This document shows, in pieces, positions 26,097-27,204 of a DNA stretch of 27,204 nucleotides (position 1 is the stretch's first letter; each line of letters starts with the position of its first letter). The position numbers were made by a program, and so were the translations under genes. The DNA lies in UHGV virus genome UHGV-0165622; one strand, 5' to 3'. The stretch comes from a virus. A model generated the notes under the pieces. That model did no database searches and was not told the DNA's origin. It worked only from the letters and a program-made list of their open reading frames with translations.

Positions 26097-26528
26097 ATGT
26101 TCCTGAAAACAGAACAATTTGAATATAACGGTGTATCCGTCACGCTTTCTGAGCTGTCTGCGCTGCAGCGTATTGAGCATCTTGCCCTCCTGAAACGGCG
26201 GGCAGAAGAGGCTGAAGCCAGCGGCAACCTGCAGGTGAGTGTGGAAGATCTTGTCAGAACCGGCGCGTTTCTGGTGGCGATGTCCCTGTGGCATAACCAT
26301 CCACAGAAAACGCAGTCACCGTCAATGAATGAGGCCGTGATGAAGATAGAGCAGGAAGTGCTCACCACCTGGCCTGCTGATGCCATTGCCCGGGCGGAAG
26401 ACGTGGTGTTGCGTCTGTCCGGGATGATCGAAGCTGTTCGTCCGGATACTGATATTACTGAAGTGGCGAAAAATAACACGCTGACTGATGATGATTTTTC
26501 TGCGGGAAAGTCTTCGACGGTGAGCTGA
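26097..26528 (+). CDS. Tail assembly chaperone (lambda gpG-like)
   Basis: 143-aa ORF ending shortly after a GGGAAAG slippery heptamer. Confidence 0.8.
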   Translation: MFLKTEQFEYNGVSVTLSELSALQRIEHLALLKRRAEEAEASGNLQVSVEDLVRTGAFLVAMSLWHNHPQKTQSPSMNEAVMKIEQEVLTTWPADAIARAEDVVLRLSGMIEAVRPDTDITEVAKNNTLTDDDFSAGKSSTVS

Positions 26529-26968
26529 ACTTTGCCCTCAGACTGGCGCGTGAGATGGGGAGACCCGACTGGCGCGCCATGCTTGCCGGGATGACATCCA
26601 CCGAATATGCCGACTGGCACCGTTTTTACCGCACGCATTATTTTCAGGATACCCAGCTGGATATGCATTTTTCCGGGCTGACGTACGCTGTACTCAGCCT
26701 GTTTTTTTGCGATCCGGATATGCATCCCTCTGATTTCAGTCTGCTTGTCCCCCGGCATGAGGAAGAGCAGGTGGAGAGGCCGGATGAGGACAAAATGCTG
26801 ATGCAGAAAGCGGCAGGACTTGCCGGAGGCGTCCGGTTCGGTGGGGACGGAGGGGGCGATATTTTATCGTCTGCGGATGTGGCGGATGTCATGGTGGATG
26901 ATGCCGCATTAATGATGGCTTCAGCGGGGATTCCGGGAGGTGTGAGATATGTCCCAGCCGGTTGGTGA
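26097..26968 (+). CDS. Tail assembly chaperone G-T fusion via programmed -1 ribosomal frameshift
   Basis: Slippery sequence GGGAAAG at 26504-26510; the downstream ORF (track 26555-26968) is in the -1 frame relative to G and runs to the start of H, as in lambda. Confidence 0.7.
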
Positions 26969-27204
26969 TCTTGTTATTGACCTGAGTCTGGATGCGGTCC
27001 GTTTCGATGAGCAGATGAGCCGGGTAAGGCGTCATTTTTCAGGTCTGGATACTGACGCCAGAAAAACCGCAACTGTCGTTGAGCAGGGGCTGAGCCGCCA
27101 GGCGCTGGCTGCACAAAAAGCAGGGATTTCCGTCGGGCAGTATAAAGCGGCCATGCGAACCCTGCCCGCACAGTTTACGGATATCGCCACGCAGCTTGCC
27201 GGTG
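26949..27204 (+). CDS. Tape measure protein (lambda gpH-like), 5' part only; continues beyond window
   Basis: MSQPVGDLVIDLSLDAVRFDEQMSRVRRHFSG...AQKAGISVGQYKAAMRTLPAQFTDIATQLAG parallels the lambda H N-terminus; no stop in window. Confidence 0.85.
   Translation, partial: MSQPVGDLVIDLSLDAVRFDEQMSRVRRHFSGLDTDARKTATVVEQGLSRQALAAQKAGISVGQYKAAMRTLPAQFTDIATQLAG

Larger units (their letters stand above)
1..27204. mobile_element. Lambdoid prophage segment (Stx-phage-like backbone without stx); internal part only, no attachment sites or integrase in window
   Basis: Co-linear RusA, Q-like, nanS-p, holin/SAR-endolysin/Rz-Rz1, cos, Nu1, A, W, B, C, D, E, FI, FII, Z, U, V, G-T, H gene order, each recognisable from the translated ORFs. 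Confidence 0.9.

Noticed and set aside
26555-26968. 137-aa ORF called as a separate gene by the ORF track
   Set aside because: It is the T portion of the G-T frameshift product; the Met at 26555 is internal to that reading frame.
1-27204. CRISPR arrays, integrase, transposase or IS elements
   Set aside because: No short regularly spaced direct repeats and no recombinase or transposase-like ORFs are present in this window.

Overview
This window is a segment of a lambdoid prophage of the Enterobacteriaceae type, read almost entirely on the + strand. Gene calls rest on my reading of the translated ORFs and on remembered similarity to phage lambda and Stx-phage proteins; no database search was run. 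From left to right: an early/accessory block with two Ea22-like genes and a mosaic remnant (1-3200); a hok/Gef type I toxin locus missed by the ORF track (3405-3560); an AT-rich two-gene cassette (3726-5460) made of an unrecognised 216-aa protein overlapping an HTH_XRE plus ImmA/IrrE zinc-peptidase protein; then a rem-like ORF, a DUF968 protein, RusA, a Q-like antiterminator and a tR'-like terminator (to ~8300). The slot where Stx phages carry tRNAs and stx holds other cargo instead (8300-9560), followed by a nanS-p-type esterase and a lysis cassette with a 297-aa gene inserted between holin and endolysin. After a TonB-C-like lipoprotein and a lambda-type cos site (cosN at 16260-16271) comes a lambda-like morphogenesis block from Nu1 to the start of tape-measure H. 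The best candidate for an undescribed system is the 3726-5460 cassette, which looks like a toxin/antitoxin-style anti-phage module with a novel effector partner. No rRNA, tRNA, CRISPR array, integrase or transposase was found.
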